In this document: in pieces, positions 11,295 through 24,218 of the stretch | Layout: the number at the start of each line of letters is the position of its first letter | How positions within the stretch are numbered: position 1 is the stretch's first letter | NCBI GenBank assembly: GCA_043228905.1 | Contig: JBHGNT010000008.1 | Coordinates: 11,594,001 to 11,658,000, forward strand | Direction: 5' to 3' | DNA length: 64,000 bases | Origin: Azolla caroliniana | Taxonomy: Eukaryota > Plantae > Polypodiophyta | Notes under the pieces: generated by a model | Databases searched by the model: none | Seen by the model: the letters and a program-made list of their open reading frames with translations, nothing else | Told to the model about the DNA's origin: nothing | Made by a program: the position numbers and the translations under genes

Positions 11295-14106
11295 CTTGGT
11301 TCCATTGCTAGACCATCAGGAAATTTTAAATTGGAGGTATGGCTTTTGTTTAACTCTAGTTACCTTCAGTTTGTTGCTTTACTCGATTCTGGGGCATCTT
11401 CTTTCTTCATTGACGTCGCGTTCACCCAAGCACATGGGGTACCCATCGTTTGCCTCTAAAAACCCATTCCCATTGAAGCCATCGACAGGTGCGTCCTCTC
11501 GTCAGGCGCAATTACTCAAGCTACGATCCCATTAGGGCTTCGTGTGGGCTCACACTAGGAAGAGCTCACCTTTTACCTCATCGCATCTCCTCGACATCCA
11601 ATCGTCTTAGGACTAACGTGGTTGGAGGTGCACAATCCAATAGTGGATTGATGCAACCACTCGATTACATTTAGCGAGCCAGGATGCTCGCGCAAAACTA
11701 TGAAGGTCAATTTAGTTTCCCAACCTTCAGAGAAGGTCGATTCCGTCTAGGCTACCCCACCATCGGTCCAGGATGGGGTTGTTTGTGGCGTCGTTTCTGA
11801 CACACTCCATGTTATTCCTGACAAATACCAACACTTCTCCGACATTTTTGAAAAATGTAATGTTGATCGTTTGCCTGAACACTGGCTCTATGACTGTATG
11901 ATTGATCTTCAAGAAGGTGCTTGTCCACCCTTTGGTCCTCTATATGTGTTGTCTGCACCAGAACTGAAGGCGCTTCGTGTGTATCTCAATGAGAACCTTG
12001 AGAAAGGATTTATTCAGCCTTCTACGTTGCCGGCCGGGGCTCCCATTTTATTCGTGAAGAAGAAGGACGGCTCTCTACGCTTATGTGTCGACTACTGAGG
12101 TCTCAACAAACTCACTGTGCGCAACCGCTATCCGCTACCTCTATTCCCCGAACTCCTTGATCGACTCTGAGTTGCGCGTGTCTTCTCCAAAGTTGATCTA
12201 TGTGGAGCGTACAATCTAGTACGCATCAAGCTAGGGGATGAATGGAAAACCGCATCCCGAACACGGTATGGGCATTTCGAATACAAGTTAATGCCTTTTG
12301 GTCTTACTAACGCCCCAACAATTTTTCAACATATGATGAACGATATATTCCGGGAATATCTCGATCATTTTTTTGTTATTTACCTTGAGGATATTCTCAT
12401 TTTCTCGCCAAACATGGAGGAGCACACTCGCCAAGTCCGATTAGTTCTTGCCAAAAGATGAGAAATGCGAGTTCGACCGTACCTCGATCGAATTTTTGGG
12501 CTACATCATCTCGCCCATTGGCATCACCATGTATATGAAGAAGGTCTCTGTCATTTGGGCGTGGGCGACTCCAAGGTGACTTAAAGATGTGCAGTCCTTC
12601 ATCGGCTTTGCGAATGTTTATCATCGCTTCATCAAGGGGTTTTCCACCCTAGCACAACCTCTTATCGCCCTCACCCGTAAAGGTACTCCTTTTTAATGGA
12701 CCTCGGAGGCACAAAATGCATTCGACTCACTCAAACATGCATTCATCATTGCCCCGGTGCTGCTACATGTCGACCCCACAAAACCCTTCCAAGTCGAAAT
12801 TGATGCCTCTGACTTCGCCATTGGCGCCATCTTATCCCAAGTAGACGACACCAACTTAATGCACCTAGTGGCGAACTACTCCCAGAAATTCACGGCCTCC
12901 GAAATCAATTATCCCATATATGACAAGGAGGTTGGTGCTATCATTGTTGCCTTTGAAGAACGGCAACCCTACTTGGCCGGCGCACAACATCGTGTCCAGG
13001 TAGTGACTGATCATAAAAATTTAGTTTATTCTTCCACCACTCATACTTTGAATCGAAGGCAAGCCCGTTGGTAGAAATTTCTTGCCGACTACGATTTTGA
13101 GATCATATTTGGATCTAGTGGCCAACATGGGACGGCCAATGCCCTTTCTCGTCGAGCTAACCTTGCACTCCGCCCCGGGGATGCTACTTATGCTCAACAA
13201 TCTAGACGTTTGCTGAAACCCAAACAATTGCATCTTTTGGCCACTTGTATGTTGCAGGATGATTCATTACTCCAACAGATCACGGATGCATCCATGACCG
13301 ATGCGTTCGCCAATGAGATTCGAGATAGTCTACAAAACCCCTCCAAGGCAACCAAAAGGAAGGATCTTGACAGCTTCACCATACAAGAGGGTTTGCTATT
13401 CTTATACGTCCCAGAGGGCCCATGTCGCACCCGGGTGTTGCCGGAATGCCACCATGACCCACTTGCAAGTCATTTCGGAGTCGCAAAAACACTCGAGCTA
13501 ATCTCTCGGGGGTACTGGTGGCCACAACTATGGAAGTTGGTCAAAGAATACATCAAGAGTTGTGAGGTTTGTGCTCGCTCAAAAGCCGCTCATCATCAGC
13601 CATATGGCTTACTCCAGTCACTTCCAATGCCCCGTCGTCCGTGGGCCTCTATCTCTATGGACCTGATAATTGATCTACCCTTGGTAAATAGCTATGACTC
13701 GGTGTTGATCGTTGTCGATCAGTTTATGAAGATAGCTCACTTCACTCCATGCTCCAAAACCATTTCTGGAGAAGGAATGGTGCATCTACTACCAACAATG
13801 TCGTACGCTTGCATGGACTCCCCCCGATGATGTCATCTTTGATCCCGGACCCCAGTTTGTCTCTCACTTCTAGCAGCGCCTGCTACAAACTTTAGGCATC
13901 TCTATCAAGTTGTCCTCCGCATATCACCCCCAAACTGACGGGCAGATGGAGCCCAACGCGTCAACCAAATCCTTGAGGAGTAGTTTCAGTGCTCGGTTAG
14001 TTAGGAACAAGATGATTGGGTCAACTTACTTTCACTCACGGAATTCGCCTACAATAATTCTCTCCATGCATCGACTGGCATCACTCCCTTCTTTGCAAAC
14101 TATGGT
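11295..14106 (+). mobile_element. Truncated chromovirus (Tcn1-like) pol of family E: protease, RT, RNase H, part of integrase
   Basis: LLDSGASSFFI protease; [19 protein letters not shown]; [13 protein letters not shown]; SSAYHPQTDGQ; highly similar to reverse complement of 61450-64000. Confidence 0.92.
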
Positions 14107-14843
14107 TTGAAGCGACTACTTAAGGATCTGCAAGTGGAGGTATCCGATCCAACGACAATCTATTGCGACAACCTCAGCAACATCCAGCTAGCAAAGAACC
14201 TCGTCTTCCACACCCGGACTAAGCACATTGAGGTGCACTACCATTTCATCCGTGAGCGTGTCCTCTCCGGTGAAGTCGAACTTCAGTATCTTTTGACGGA
14301 TCGGCAAACCACCGACATCTTCACCAAGCCTCTTGGTCTGGACAAGTTGCAACAATTCACGGTTGTGCTTGGGTTGCGTCACCTCGACGTGCTGAACTTG
14401 AGGGGGAGAGACTTCCCGAATGACCACAGAAGAGGGAGAGAAGTTCCGGAAGACCGTGACACCGAGTCGGATGACGAAATCGATTTCGGATCAGCTGAAG
14501 AAGTCGAGGGCGGATTTGCGGAAGATTCTGCAAGCGGAAATAAGTGGAGTGTCGCCACATGAGGTGTACTTCAAGAAGAAGCCGAACTTGGCACAATTGA
14601 GGGTTTTTGGTAGCATCGCATATGTGCATGTGCTAAAGGAGAAATGGAGGAAGTTGGACGCCAAAGCCGACAAGTGTATCTTAGTTGACTACTCCGACGA
14701 GCAGAAGGGTTATAAGTGTTATAACCCCCGAACCAAACAAGTTGTACATCATATGGAGGTAAAGAATGAATTCTTGCAAGAAGAACTTGAGGAACAAGTG
14801 TTATAAAGGGGTGGCATTTACCTCAGATGGATGTAAAGAATGT
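14107..14843 (+). mobile_element. Scrambled Ty1/Copia fragments (RNase H and 3' region, integrase C-term, RT start), tentatively Bryco/RLC5-like
   Basis: IYCDNLSNIQLAKN...RTKHIEVHYHFIRE; LRVFGSIAYVHV...KGYKCYNP; QMDVKN immediately before element F. Confidence 0.85.
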
Positions 14844-17800
14844 TGTTGCCGTTTAGGAACACGGTCCGCGGTTAGTCCTTCAACCTAGACCTCAAAGTGG
14901 GTGTGGAACAACGAACAAGTGTTTAAGCGTAATGCGTAAGGGAAGAACCCCTGTAACCTATCAACATATAAGGGGAGACGGCTACAACCGAATCCCTATC
15001 AGGGGTTAAACTTACGTACTCAAACGCTTAGGTATTCAAGACACACACACTGAATTAGCCGTAGTTATACACAAAAAATCAGAGAAGATAGAATTCTATT
15101 ATCAGGCGTTTCTTCACATTCCCCAAAATTACACGCACCTCCATCAGAGGTTTTCTGCCCTTTATATATGCAGGGTCTATTTGGCCGTTCACGCTTCCTG
15201 CGTGAACCGTTACATGCGTTATGCTCTTATATAATTTCTTATTCCTACGCTTTTGTCCATCGGTTACTATTCCGGTGGACAACACTTGGCACGCCTGTGG
15301 GATAGTGCCCTCGCATGTCGGACCCATCCCGTTAATCCTGTTCGGCTCTGTTGTGGTGTCCTCGTCCGGAGGTGATGTAGGGCCTGTAGGTGCATCGTGG
15401 TGTGGCTCCTCTGTTTGGCCGGGCTGGTTTCTCCCGGAGTTGCCGTCGCCGTGTGTGGGTGGTCCGGGTACGATGAGCTCTTCTTGAGTTAGTGGGTTGG
15501 GCTCCGCCGTTGTCGTGCTTGCAGGTGGCTGCGGCTTTGCCTCCATTGTTACGTCCTCCGTGGTGTCGGCCGTTTTTGTATGTTCCGAGCAGTGGGGCGG
15601 AGATTCCGCCTGGTCCGCACCATTCTCCACGTGGTCTGATGATAGTGTGGGTCGTGCGGCTGGACCTCTTGTTGTGTAGTGGTTTCGCTGTCTGGTCCTG
15701 TGGGGAAGTCCGCTCGTCGGTCCCCGCTATTCTCCATCGTTGTCATCTCTGGTGATCAGGCCTGAGGTTCCTCTTCTTTGGTTGTGCCCGGAATTGGCGT
15801 CACGCTAGATTCCTCGTTTGTGCGCGTGTTGCCGGCTTGTGTGATCTAGTGAAATAGCTCTTCTTGACTTTCACCAAAATCATCTAAGAGTTGTGCGAGC
15901 TCTTCGGAGTGTTGGTCTGCTAGCGCACGATAGTCTTGCGCTAGGTCCTCCCGTACGGCCATAATGCTCTCCTCATTTAGTTATAGAAACCTCGACCGTC
16001 TTTTCGCCGGTTCTCCCAGTCCGCACGATACACGTGCAATTCCGTTGCTTGGGTTGCCCACGCCATCCATCCTTTGTCCAGCGCCATTTTCAATTGCATT
16101 GTGAACCTCTCCCGATTTGTTTGGAGAAGGATCCGCACGTTATCTGTGATGGCTTGGCAACGGTTGCGTGCGTCTTCCATTGACTTCTGGAGATTTGCGA
16201 TTTCCTTCTGCGAGCGAGGGGAGCGCTGATAGCTAGAAGATGGGTTTCTGCTTTGTGTAGAAAATCTTCTGTTTCCTTCTTTTAGTGGCTTAGGGTTCGT
16301 TGGGCGGTGAGCCATCGTGGTGCCACGTGTTCTTGAACTAGGAGTTTGTGCATGCCTTTAGTCGTTTTATTAGTCGCTATCTTCTCCTCTCTCTTTTTTT
16401 CTTTTTTTTTTCGTAACGGCTATTTACAACCTATTTTTACATTCTAGTACAAGTGGGGATGTCCATTTTACGTTGCGGGTTCTCCGGCTCTGTCCTGTTC
16501 GGCGGTGAATGGGTAAGGTTTGAGCCGAAACCCATTCAACTTTTGCCGTACTACTTCTCCAGCCAAAATTCCTAGTTGGAACGTGCCTTGTTCCGCTCCA
16601 ATTATCCAGTATGGGCCGGTCCAGCGGAAACGTAACTTCCCCGGCATATGGCCCATGCGCGTTTGAAAAACTAGCACCGCTCGGCCCACGGCGAACTCCT
16701 TTTCCCTTGCGTTCCGATGTCGATCCACAAATGCTTTACGCCGTCGCTGTTCCTGTTCCAACACAGCCATGTTGTGGACGCGTTTTTCCCCTAGTTCGAG
16801 GAGCTCGTAGAGCCGTACCTCCTCCGACTTGGCTTATGATAATCGGTTCCGTACCTCAATGCGCAAACTAGGTACCTGAAATTCGACCGGCATCACAACC
16901 TCCAGTCCAAACGCTAGTCAGAACAGTGTTGACTGTATGCTTGTTTTGTAGCTAGTTCTATACGCCCATAACGCAGTCTGTAGTTTGGTATCCTAGTCCG
17001 TTCTATTTTCATTGACGGTTTTCTTCAAAATGGTATGTAATGTCTTGTTGGTGGTTCTGCTAATCCATTCGCCTGCGGATAATATGGCATGCTCTTCTTA
17101 CGGACTACGGCGTGATGATGTGTTAGTTTGCGAACCACCGTATTGAGAAAGTGACTCCCCTGGTCACTGATGAGCTCTATCGGACAACCGAACTGGCACC
17201 AGATGTGCTCGTAAAGGAATCTGGCTGTGACGGCCGCCATATTTTCACATAGTGCCTTTGCTTCTACCCATTTGGTGCAGTAATCCGTGGCTACCAATAT
17301 GTATTTATTGCCCGTACGGGCCGCTACTGGTGTGAGGGGCCCTACAAAATCCAATCCCCACTTTTGGAAGGGGTCTAGCGGTAATACGGACTGGTGTGGC
17401 ATCCTTGCGTCCTCCGCGGGCTGACCCATCCATTGACACAAATCACACTTTCTACAATACTCGGATTCATCCTTCTGTGCTGTTGGCCACCATAAGCCCG
17501 CCTGCCATACTTTCCGGGTTGTCATGTCGCCCGCGTAATGGCCTCCTGCCGTGCCGTAGTGTGCTCTCATAAAACTGCTTCCTTCTCATCTTGACGGAGC
17601 CCACGTCGCCAAATGACGAGGCAGAAGTGATAGCTTCAGACGGCTAGTTGTTTCTTCTCGTCCGTGCGTAATAGTGGTGGAGGCAGTTCTGTAGTTAAAA
17701 AGTATGTCATTTCCATAAGCCACCGGTCCGGAAAGGTCGATTCCATTTTTTCTACACGTGTCACTACTCGCAGGATGTCGGCGTCCGTAAAACTGTCGTC

Positions 17801-20800
17801 GTTTTTCTGTATTGTTTCTCCATTCTCGAGTCTGCTCAAAAAATCCGCCACTGCGTGTTGCGTCCCTGGTCAATGCTGAATTACGAAATCGAATTCCTGG
17901 AGCAGCAACATCCACCGTGCCAATTTCCCTATCAGAGCTTGTTTCTCCACCAAATAAAGTAGTGCCAAATGATTCACGTGGAACGTGAATTTCCTTCCTA
18001 ATAAATAGTGTCGGAATTTATTGATGCTATAGATCATCCCTAGCGCCTCCCGCTCTGTTGTGGAATAGTTACGCTCTGCTGCTGACAATTTACGACTCGC
18101 ATAGTATACTGGCCTGTACCAGTTTGGTTCGGTGAGCTGCATTAGTGTGCTTCCTATTGCTATGTCCGAGGAGTCGACGAACACGTGGAATGGCTTCACC
18201 CAAACTAGTGGTTGTACGACGGGAGCTTGTGTGAGCAATATCTTAAGTGCCTAATAGGCCTTATCCTCCATTGCAGTCCATTGGAACGGAGTCCGATGTA
18301 CGACAGCGTGTAGCGGTGTGGTGAAGTCCGCCAAATACCGTATCATCCGACTATGCCACCATATTTGTCCTAAAAACCGGCTAAGCGATTTGGCGTTTGT
18401 CGGAGTTTTGGCTTGCATAATCGCAAAGATCTTGTTTGGGTCGACCGCTATGTGGCCTAGGAGAGTCCCGTTGATCACGCCGAAGGCACATTTTGTGGGA
18501 TTCAGGCTTAAGCGTGCGGTTTGGCAACGTTCCAAGCACAGTCTGGACACGCCTCCCATTCGGAAATGCCTAACTACTCGCAAGTTTTCGTGCTAATTAC
18601 ATTGACGCCTGAGCCGCCGTCGATTACGCATCCAGGAACTTCCTGTCCGTGCAATATTACTGTACTAGCCGGGTTGTGCTGATCCACCACCGGCAGTCCA
18701 TCGCTAATATCTGTCAGGTTTGTGGCGACACTTGCCCCCTGGGTATGCCCGTCGCCCGTTCTTCCATGGTCTGGCGGAAGCGTGGAACTAGTTGTAGCAG
18801 TTTTTCCATGGTTAACGTTATTTCACAGCCTACTAACGCCTGCCAAATGGGGTCTGGACCCGGTGTTTCGTTCTCTGTTCGCTCCATTGTGTTCGCAGAC
18901 TCCTGCCGCATACGTTCCGTATTGGTCGCGTTTGCTTTTTCCACCCACGCTTGGGCTTGTCGGCGTACCTCGTCTTGCGCAACCCAATCCGCCGTTTTTG
19001 TTTGCTAGCATGTCGTGACTTGTTGCACCTCCGCCGTAATCGTATTGACAGCGGGCCCCTTTCCCTTGCGTGTTGGGCATTGCGTGGCATAATGTTCGGG
19101 TTGTTGACAAATAAAGCAATGAATGCTTGATTCTCCCTTCTCGGTTCCAGGTGGTGTGTGCCGCTCCCCTGGTGCTACTTGCTCTTCGCAGTCTGGCCTC
19201 GTTTGTCGGAACGTACGCGGTGGCTACTGTTGGTCCCGTCGTTGTTCCTAGTGCCGCTCATCCCCCGAGCTTTCGTCGTAACGCCGGTGATCCCTATATT
19301 GCCGTGGCTTACCCCAATAGCCATTGAAACCACCTCGTTTGTTTGTCGGTCGTTGATTCTCGTAGCGCCGACCCCCTTTGGCATAACTTGGATTTCCACG
19401 ATATTCCTCATCCTCTGAGTCGTCCTCCTCGGAATCGTTGTGGTTCCGGCGATTCCGGTTGTACCGCTCCTCCCGCGGGTTGCAATCGTTATACTGAGGT
19501 CGGTCTTCTTGCCTCCTTTGGTCAGCCCGGTGCGGTTGACATTGTGTGTGCATGTTGCGGACTGCGGGAGTGGCTCTGTTTAACATATTGTACTCGCAAT
19601 GGGCGACTGTGTGAGCCTTTGAGTGGCAGATTGGGCAGGGGATTCGCATATTGCACTCCACTGCGGAATGCCCCGAGTTCAAGCAAATCGTGCACTGGAT
19701 TGCTTGACGAAACTAGCGTTCCTCGTCCTGAGGTAACGCTTGTCGTAAGGAGGACATAGAAAACCTTTCCTCCTCGTCATCCAACTCGAGCTGTAACACT
19801 TGTTCAATTACCATATCCGCCGTTTCCCCTTTCACGCTATTGTTGTTGAGCGTTGCCCGGATGGGCCGGCGTAAAGCTGCCAGAAATGTTTCCCAAGCCT
19901 CGTCCTCCGTGGGGCTTCGTTCCAGTTTCTGTCGTAAATTTTGGAAACGTAAGCTGACGTCCACTATCGTCTCGGTCGATAATTGCTTAATTGTATAAAA
20001 TTGCCCGAGAATCTCGCGTTGTGGAACCCTCCGATAGAAGAATCGCAAGAAAGCGGACTACAGCTGATCGAAGGTTGTTATGGCTGGTAAATCCATCTGT
20101 GAATGCCAAAACGCCGCACGCCCATCTAATGTTAATCCGAAATCCGTCATTTTCGAGTGGTGTGCCACCGTCTCGGAGAGATTCTGCACCATGTGGTTCG
20201 CATTCCAGACATTCAGGAACATGCGAATATGAGTTGCGGCGTCGGTTTCACCGTCAAAGCAGGGGTAGGCAAAGGCCATAGTGGGAGCTACGACGGGTCA
20301 GGAAAGACCACAGGGTGGTGGTGGTGAGCGTGGTCCCCGTGTCTCGTCGAGGTATTTGCGGAGCGAAGAATCCTCTTTGCACTCACGATAAGTAGTACTG
20401 GGGTCGTTGAGTCGCGGCTTTTGCCGTGCGCGTTCTTCTGCCTAGCGTGTGGCGGACCTTGTTATTGGCCGGTCTTGTCGTGTTGGTTCTCTGGGTTGTC
20501 TGCGGCTAAACCTCCATTCGTTGTTGCTCGTCTGTGAGAAAACACAGATCACCAATCGTGCCAAAAGTGTTGCCGTTTAGGAACACGGTCCGTGGTCAGT
20601 CCTTTGACCTAGACCTCAAAGTGGGTGTGGAACAACGAACAGGTGTTTAAGCGTGATGCATAAGGGAAGAACCCTTGTAACCTATCAACGTATAAGGGGA
20701 GACGGCTACAACCGAATCCCTATCAGGGGTTACACTTACGTACTCAAACGCTTAGGTATTCAAGACACACACACAAAATTAGCCGTAGCTATACACAGAA

Positions 20801-21008
20801 AATCAGAGAAGATAGAATTCTATTATCAGGCTTTTCTTTACATTCCCCAAAATTACACGCACCTCCATCAGAGGTTTTCTGCCCTTTATATATGCAAGGT
20901 CTATTTAGCCGTTCACGCTTCCTGCGTGAACCGTTACATGCGTTATGCTCTTATATAATTTCTTATTCCTACGCTTTTGTCCGTCGGTTACTATTCCGGC
21001 GGACAACA
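14844..21008 (-). mobile_element. Gypsy element F (non-chromovirus, Athila/Tat-related), both LTRs present, RT largely deleted, extra ORF after integrase
   Basis: 441-bp LTRs 14844-15284 and 20568-21008; TSD AATGT/AATGC interrupting Copia RT motif QMDVKN|AFLQGEL; gag 20058-20279 and CCHC 19248-19682; RNase H 17870-18238; IN FQKWGLDFVGP 17025-17570. Confidence 0.95.
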
Positions 21009-22492
21009 AATGCATTCCTGCAAGGAGAACTTGAGGAACAGCTGTACATGGTACAACCCCCCCGATTTCAGTCCGGAAAGAACACCTCGGCGGTATGCCG
21101 ACTAAAGAAGTCCCTCTACAACTAAAACAAGCCCGCGCGCATGGAACACAAAGATCACGCAACGCTTGCGCCGGATGGGGTCGACGACGTCTAAATCAGA
21201 CTCTTCATTGTTCGTCTGGCAAAGTCGGCATGGACCGGTTAGTATTTTACTTTAGTTTGATGATTTAGTCATCGTCGACGCCAACCTAGAAGAAATCGGC
21301 CGCGTAAAGTCCCAGCTTGCGGCATCATTCAACATGAAGGACATAGGGGATCTTCATTACTTCCTAGGGATCGAAGTGATCCACACCCTCAAAGGCATAT
21401 TGATCAGCCACCGACATTACGTGCTGAGGACGCTCTTCAAGTTTGGGATGGTAGACTCTAAGTCCATCTGAACTCCTCTGGACAGAAACATCAAGCTTCG
21501 CCGAGATTCAAGAAAGTCGTGCGACCCAACACAGTTCCGACAAAATTGTCGGAAGCCTAATTTATTTGATGATCACTTGGCCGGATCTCAGTTACCCGGT
21601 TGTCCTCATCAGTCAATCTATGTCGCAGCCCACGGCCGAACACCTTCAGTGCGCGCAAAGGATATTGTGCTATGTCCACGGCACTAAGGATATGGCGTTC
21701 TTATATCGGACCGGTATTGCCGAACAACTCGTCGGCTACTCGGATTCTGACTGGGCCAAAAACGTCAACGATCGTAGATCCACATTTGGGTTCGCTTTCT
21801 CACTTGGAAGCGCCGCGATCGCCTAGGGCAGCAAGAAGCAGCCGACAGTTGTACTGTCAAGCATGGAGGCTGATTACCGAGGAGCGGCTATCGCGACATG
21901 CGAAGCCATTTCGCTCAAGAGGCTACTCAAGGATTTGCACGTGGAGCTGTCCGCTCCGATGAAGATCTATTGCGACAATCTCAGCAGCATCCAACTTGCA
22001 AAGAAGCCCGTCTTCCACACCCGGACCAAGCACATTGAGGTGCCCTACCATTTTGTCCGTGAGTGTGTCCTCTCCAGTGAAGTCGAACTAGCGTATGTTT
22101 TGACGGATCGGCAAACTGCCGACATCTTCACCAAGCCCCTTGGTCTTGACAAGTTGCAACAATTCTAAGGTGCGCTTGGTTTGCGGCACCTCGACGTGCC
22201 AAACTTGAGGGGAAGAACAGACTAGTAAAGGGAGTAGGAAAGGAGCGGAAGTGACCGCCTGAGTCGGATGAAGAATTCGATTCAGGTCGATTGAAGAAGC
22301 CAAAGGCGGAAACAAGGGCAGCAACGGAAGGGAAGAGCCGGAATCATCCGAACAAGGGGGATTTGAAGCCAAGAAAGGCGAGAAGGACAAGACCAAGACT
22401 TGGTCTGATGTGGTTAAGGGCCTAAGGACAGAAGACGAATTGGAGACAACCAATTCGTGCAACAACAGAAACGAATCAGAGAAAGCTGATTC
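21009..22492 (+). mobile_element. Continuation of host Copia: RT, RNase H and 3' region (pseudogenised)
   Basis: AFLQGELEEQLYMVQPP, LKKSLY, GYSDSDWA, CDNLSSIQLAKKPVFHTRTKHIEV. Confidence 0.92.
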
Positions 22493-23008
22493 TGTCATGA
22501 AGACAGCATTTTGGTTATCAAGAATCGAACCCACGACTTCATGGTCTATGTGTTGAACCCTTAACCATTGTAATAACATATATGTTGTGTGATTATAATA
22601 ATAATGTTACAAGTTATTAGAATATTCTAGATTATTCTAGAACATTCTAGAACATTCTAGATTATTCTACAACATCCTTTAATATTTCATGATTATATTT
22701 CTTATCATAAAATCTAAAATATTCTAGAACATTCTAGATTACTCCATAAGGACCTATAAATAATTGTCTATACATTCGTTTCAACTCATTCGGTTCAACA
22801 CCAGTCTTTAGCCCTTAGCCTACTCATTGTAATGTTGTTTAATCATAATATAATCTCATTTCTATTTCAAGTCTTATCTCTCTCACTCCTCTCTCTCTCA
22901 CTCTATCTCCCTCACTCTCTCTCTCTCATGCACACACACACACACACCGTCTCTCTTTCGCTCTCACTCTCGCTCTCACTCTATCTTCTACCCACGAGTC
23001 TCGACAGT

Positions 23009-23019
23009 TTGAACCGAAT
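23009..23019 (+). promoter_or_regulatory. Self-priming PBS of element C
   Basis: TTGAACCGAAT, 2 nt after the 5' LTR, is the exact reverse complement of ATTCGGTTCAA (22788-22798), which starts 33 nt after TATAAA at 22755. Confidence 0.85.
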
Positions 23020-23090
23020 ATTTCTATTTCCTTTTCCAATAACCCTAGCAAGCTTTCTTCTTTTCCCTTCTTTCTTTTTCTCCCTCAGTT

Positions 23091-24218
23091 ATGGAATCCG
23101 TCAGCAAGCAAGAGTATATGCGTGTCCTTTCTGAGCTCGACATGCTCACAACTAAGTTTGTGGCATTAGAGCAAGAAAATCATAGGCTACTCGGGGATTT
23201 ACAACAAGTGAGTACCGAGAAAGCTCATCAATATGAGGAGTTATCACAACGGGTTCATCAACTCGAGGCTACTATATTAACATTACGAGAACAAGCGGCG
23301 GGGGTTCAAAACTCCCCAAGGGAACCAAAGATTAGCCTCCCTGCCAAGTTTGATGGTACCCGATCTTTGTTTCGAGGTTTCCTAACTCAAGTCCGTTTGG
23401 TGATTCAGTTACATCCCAATCGGTACCCAACTGATGCTGCTCGTGTGGGATTAATAGGAACCTTGCTAAGCGGTACCGCATTAGCATGGTTTGCACCACT
23501 TCTAGAGAAGAAATCACCATTGTTGGAGGATTTCGAGGCATTCGTTAAAGAGTTTCAAGCTAGTTTTGGAGACACCGATAGCACTAGAACGACAATAAAC
23601 AAGATTCGAAGACTCCGACAAGGAGATCGTCCCGCTTCAGCCTACGCAACAGATTTCCGTCTCTTGGCATGTGACATCCCTTGGGATGAGGCAGCCTTAA
23701 TGGATCAATTTCGTGAGGGTTTGCGTAACGATGTTAAAGATCTTCTTCATACTATCCACGAAGATCCAAAGTCTCTTACAAAGGCCATTAGTCGAGTTGT
23801 GCGATGTGATAATCGCCTATTTGAGCGACGTTCTGAACGTCAACAAATTATACGCCGTCAACCGGAACAGACGTATGCTTCAATAGTCGCAACACCGCCA
23901 CAAGTTCCCAGACCCGTTACGAGGGATGGTCCCACTCCGATGGAAATAGAGTCAACACAACGTCGAGGGCCTTTATCAGATGCTAAGAAACAACGACGTC
24001 GGGCGCATCGCCTATGCCTCTATTGTGGTGGTCCAAGACATATTGCTGTGAATTGTCCACATAAACCCAGACGACAAGTTTACCAAGCAAGTGCACATGA
24101 CAACCCTACCATGGGTTCTACTATCACTTCTAATAATTTAACTACTAAGCCTAATAACCCATGCCATAAGAATAGATTTGATGTCTTGAGCCAATTAGAG
24201 GATGTGTTAAACGAATAA
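23091..24218 (+). CDS. gag: Retrotransposon Gag of element C (intact ORF; coiled-coil N-term, capsid, CCHC)
   Basis: 375-aa ORF; EPKISLPAKFDG, LRQGDRPASAYATDF, CLYCGGPRHIAVNC. Confidence 0.92.
   Translation: MESVSKQEYMRVLSELDMLTTKFVALEQENHRLLGDLQQVSTEKAHQYEELSQRVHQLEATILTLREQAAGVQNSPREPKISLPAKFDGTRSLFRGFLTQVRLVIQLHPNRYPTDAARVGLIGTLLSGTALAWFAPLLEKKSPLLEDFEAFVKEFQASFGDTDSTRTTINKIRRLRQGDRPASAYATDFRLLACDIPWDEAALMDQFREGLRNDVKDLLHTIHEDPKSLTKAISRVVRCDNRLFERRSERQQIIRRQPEQTYASIVATPPQVPRPVTRDGPTPMEIESTQRRGPLSDAKKQRRRAHRLCLYCGGPRHIAVNCPHKPRRQVYQASAHDNPTMGSTITSNNLTTKPNNPCHKNRFDVLSQLEDVLNE

Noticed and set aside
15079-15630. 183-aa Pro/Thr-rich ORF
   Set aside because: Low complexity, runs into the LTR, no recognisable domain; may be a tail of the extra ORF but unsupported
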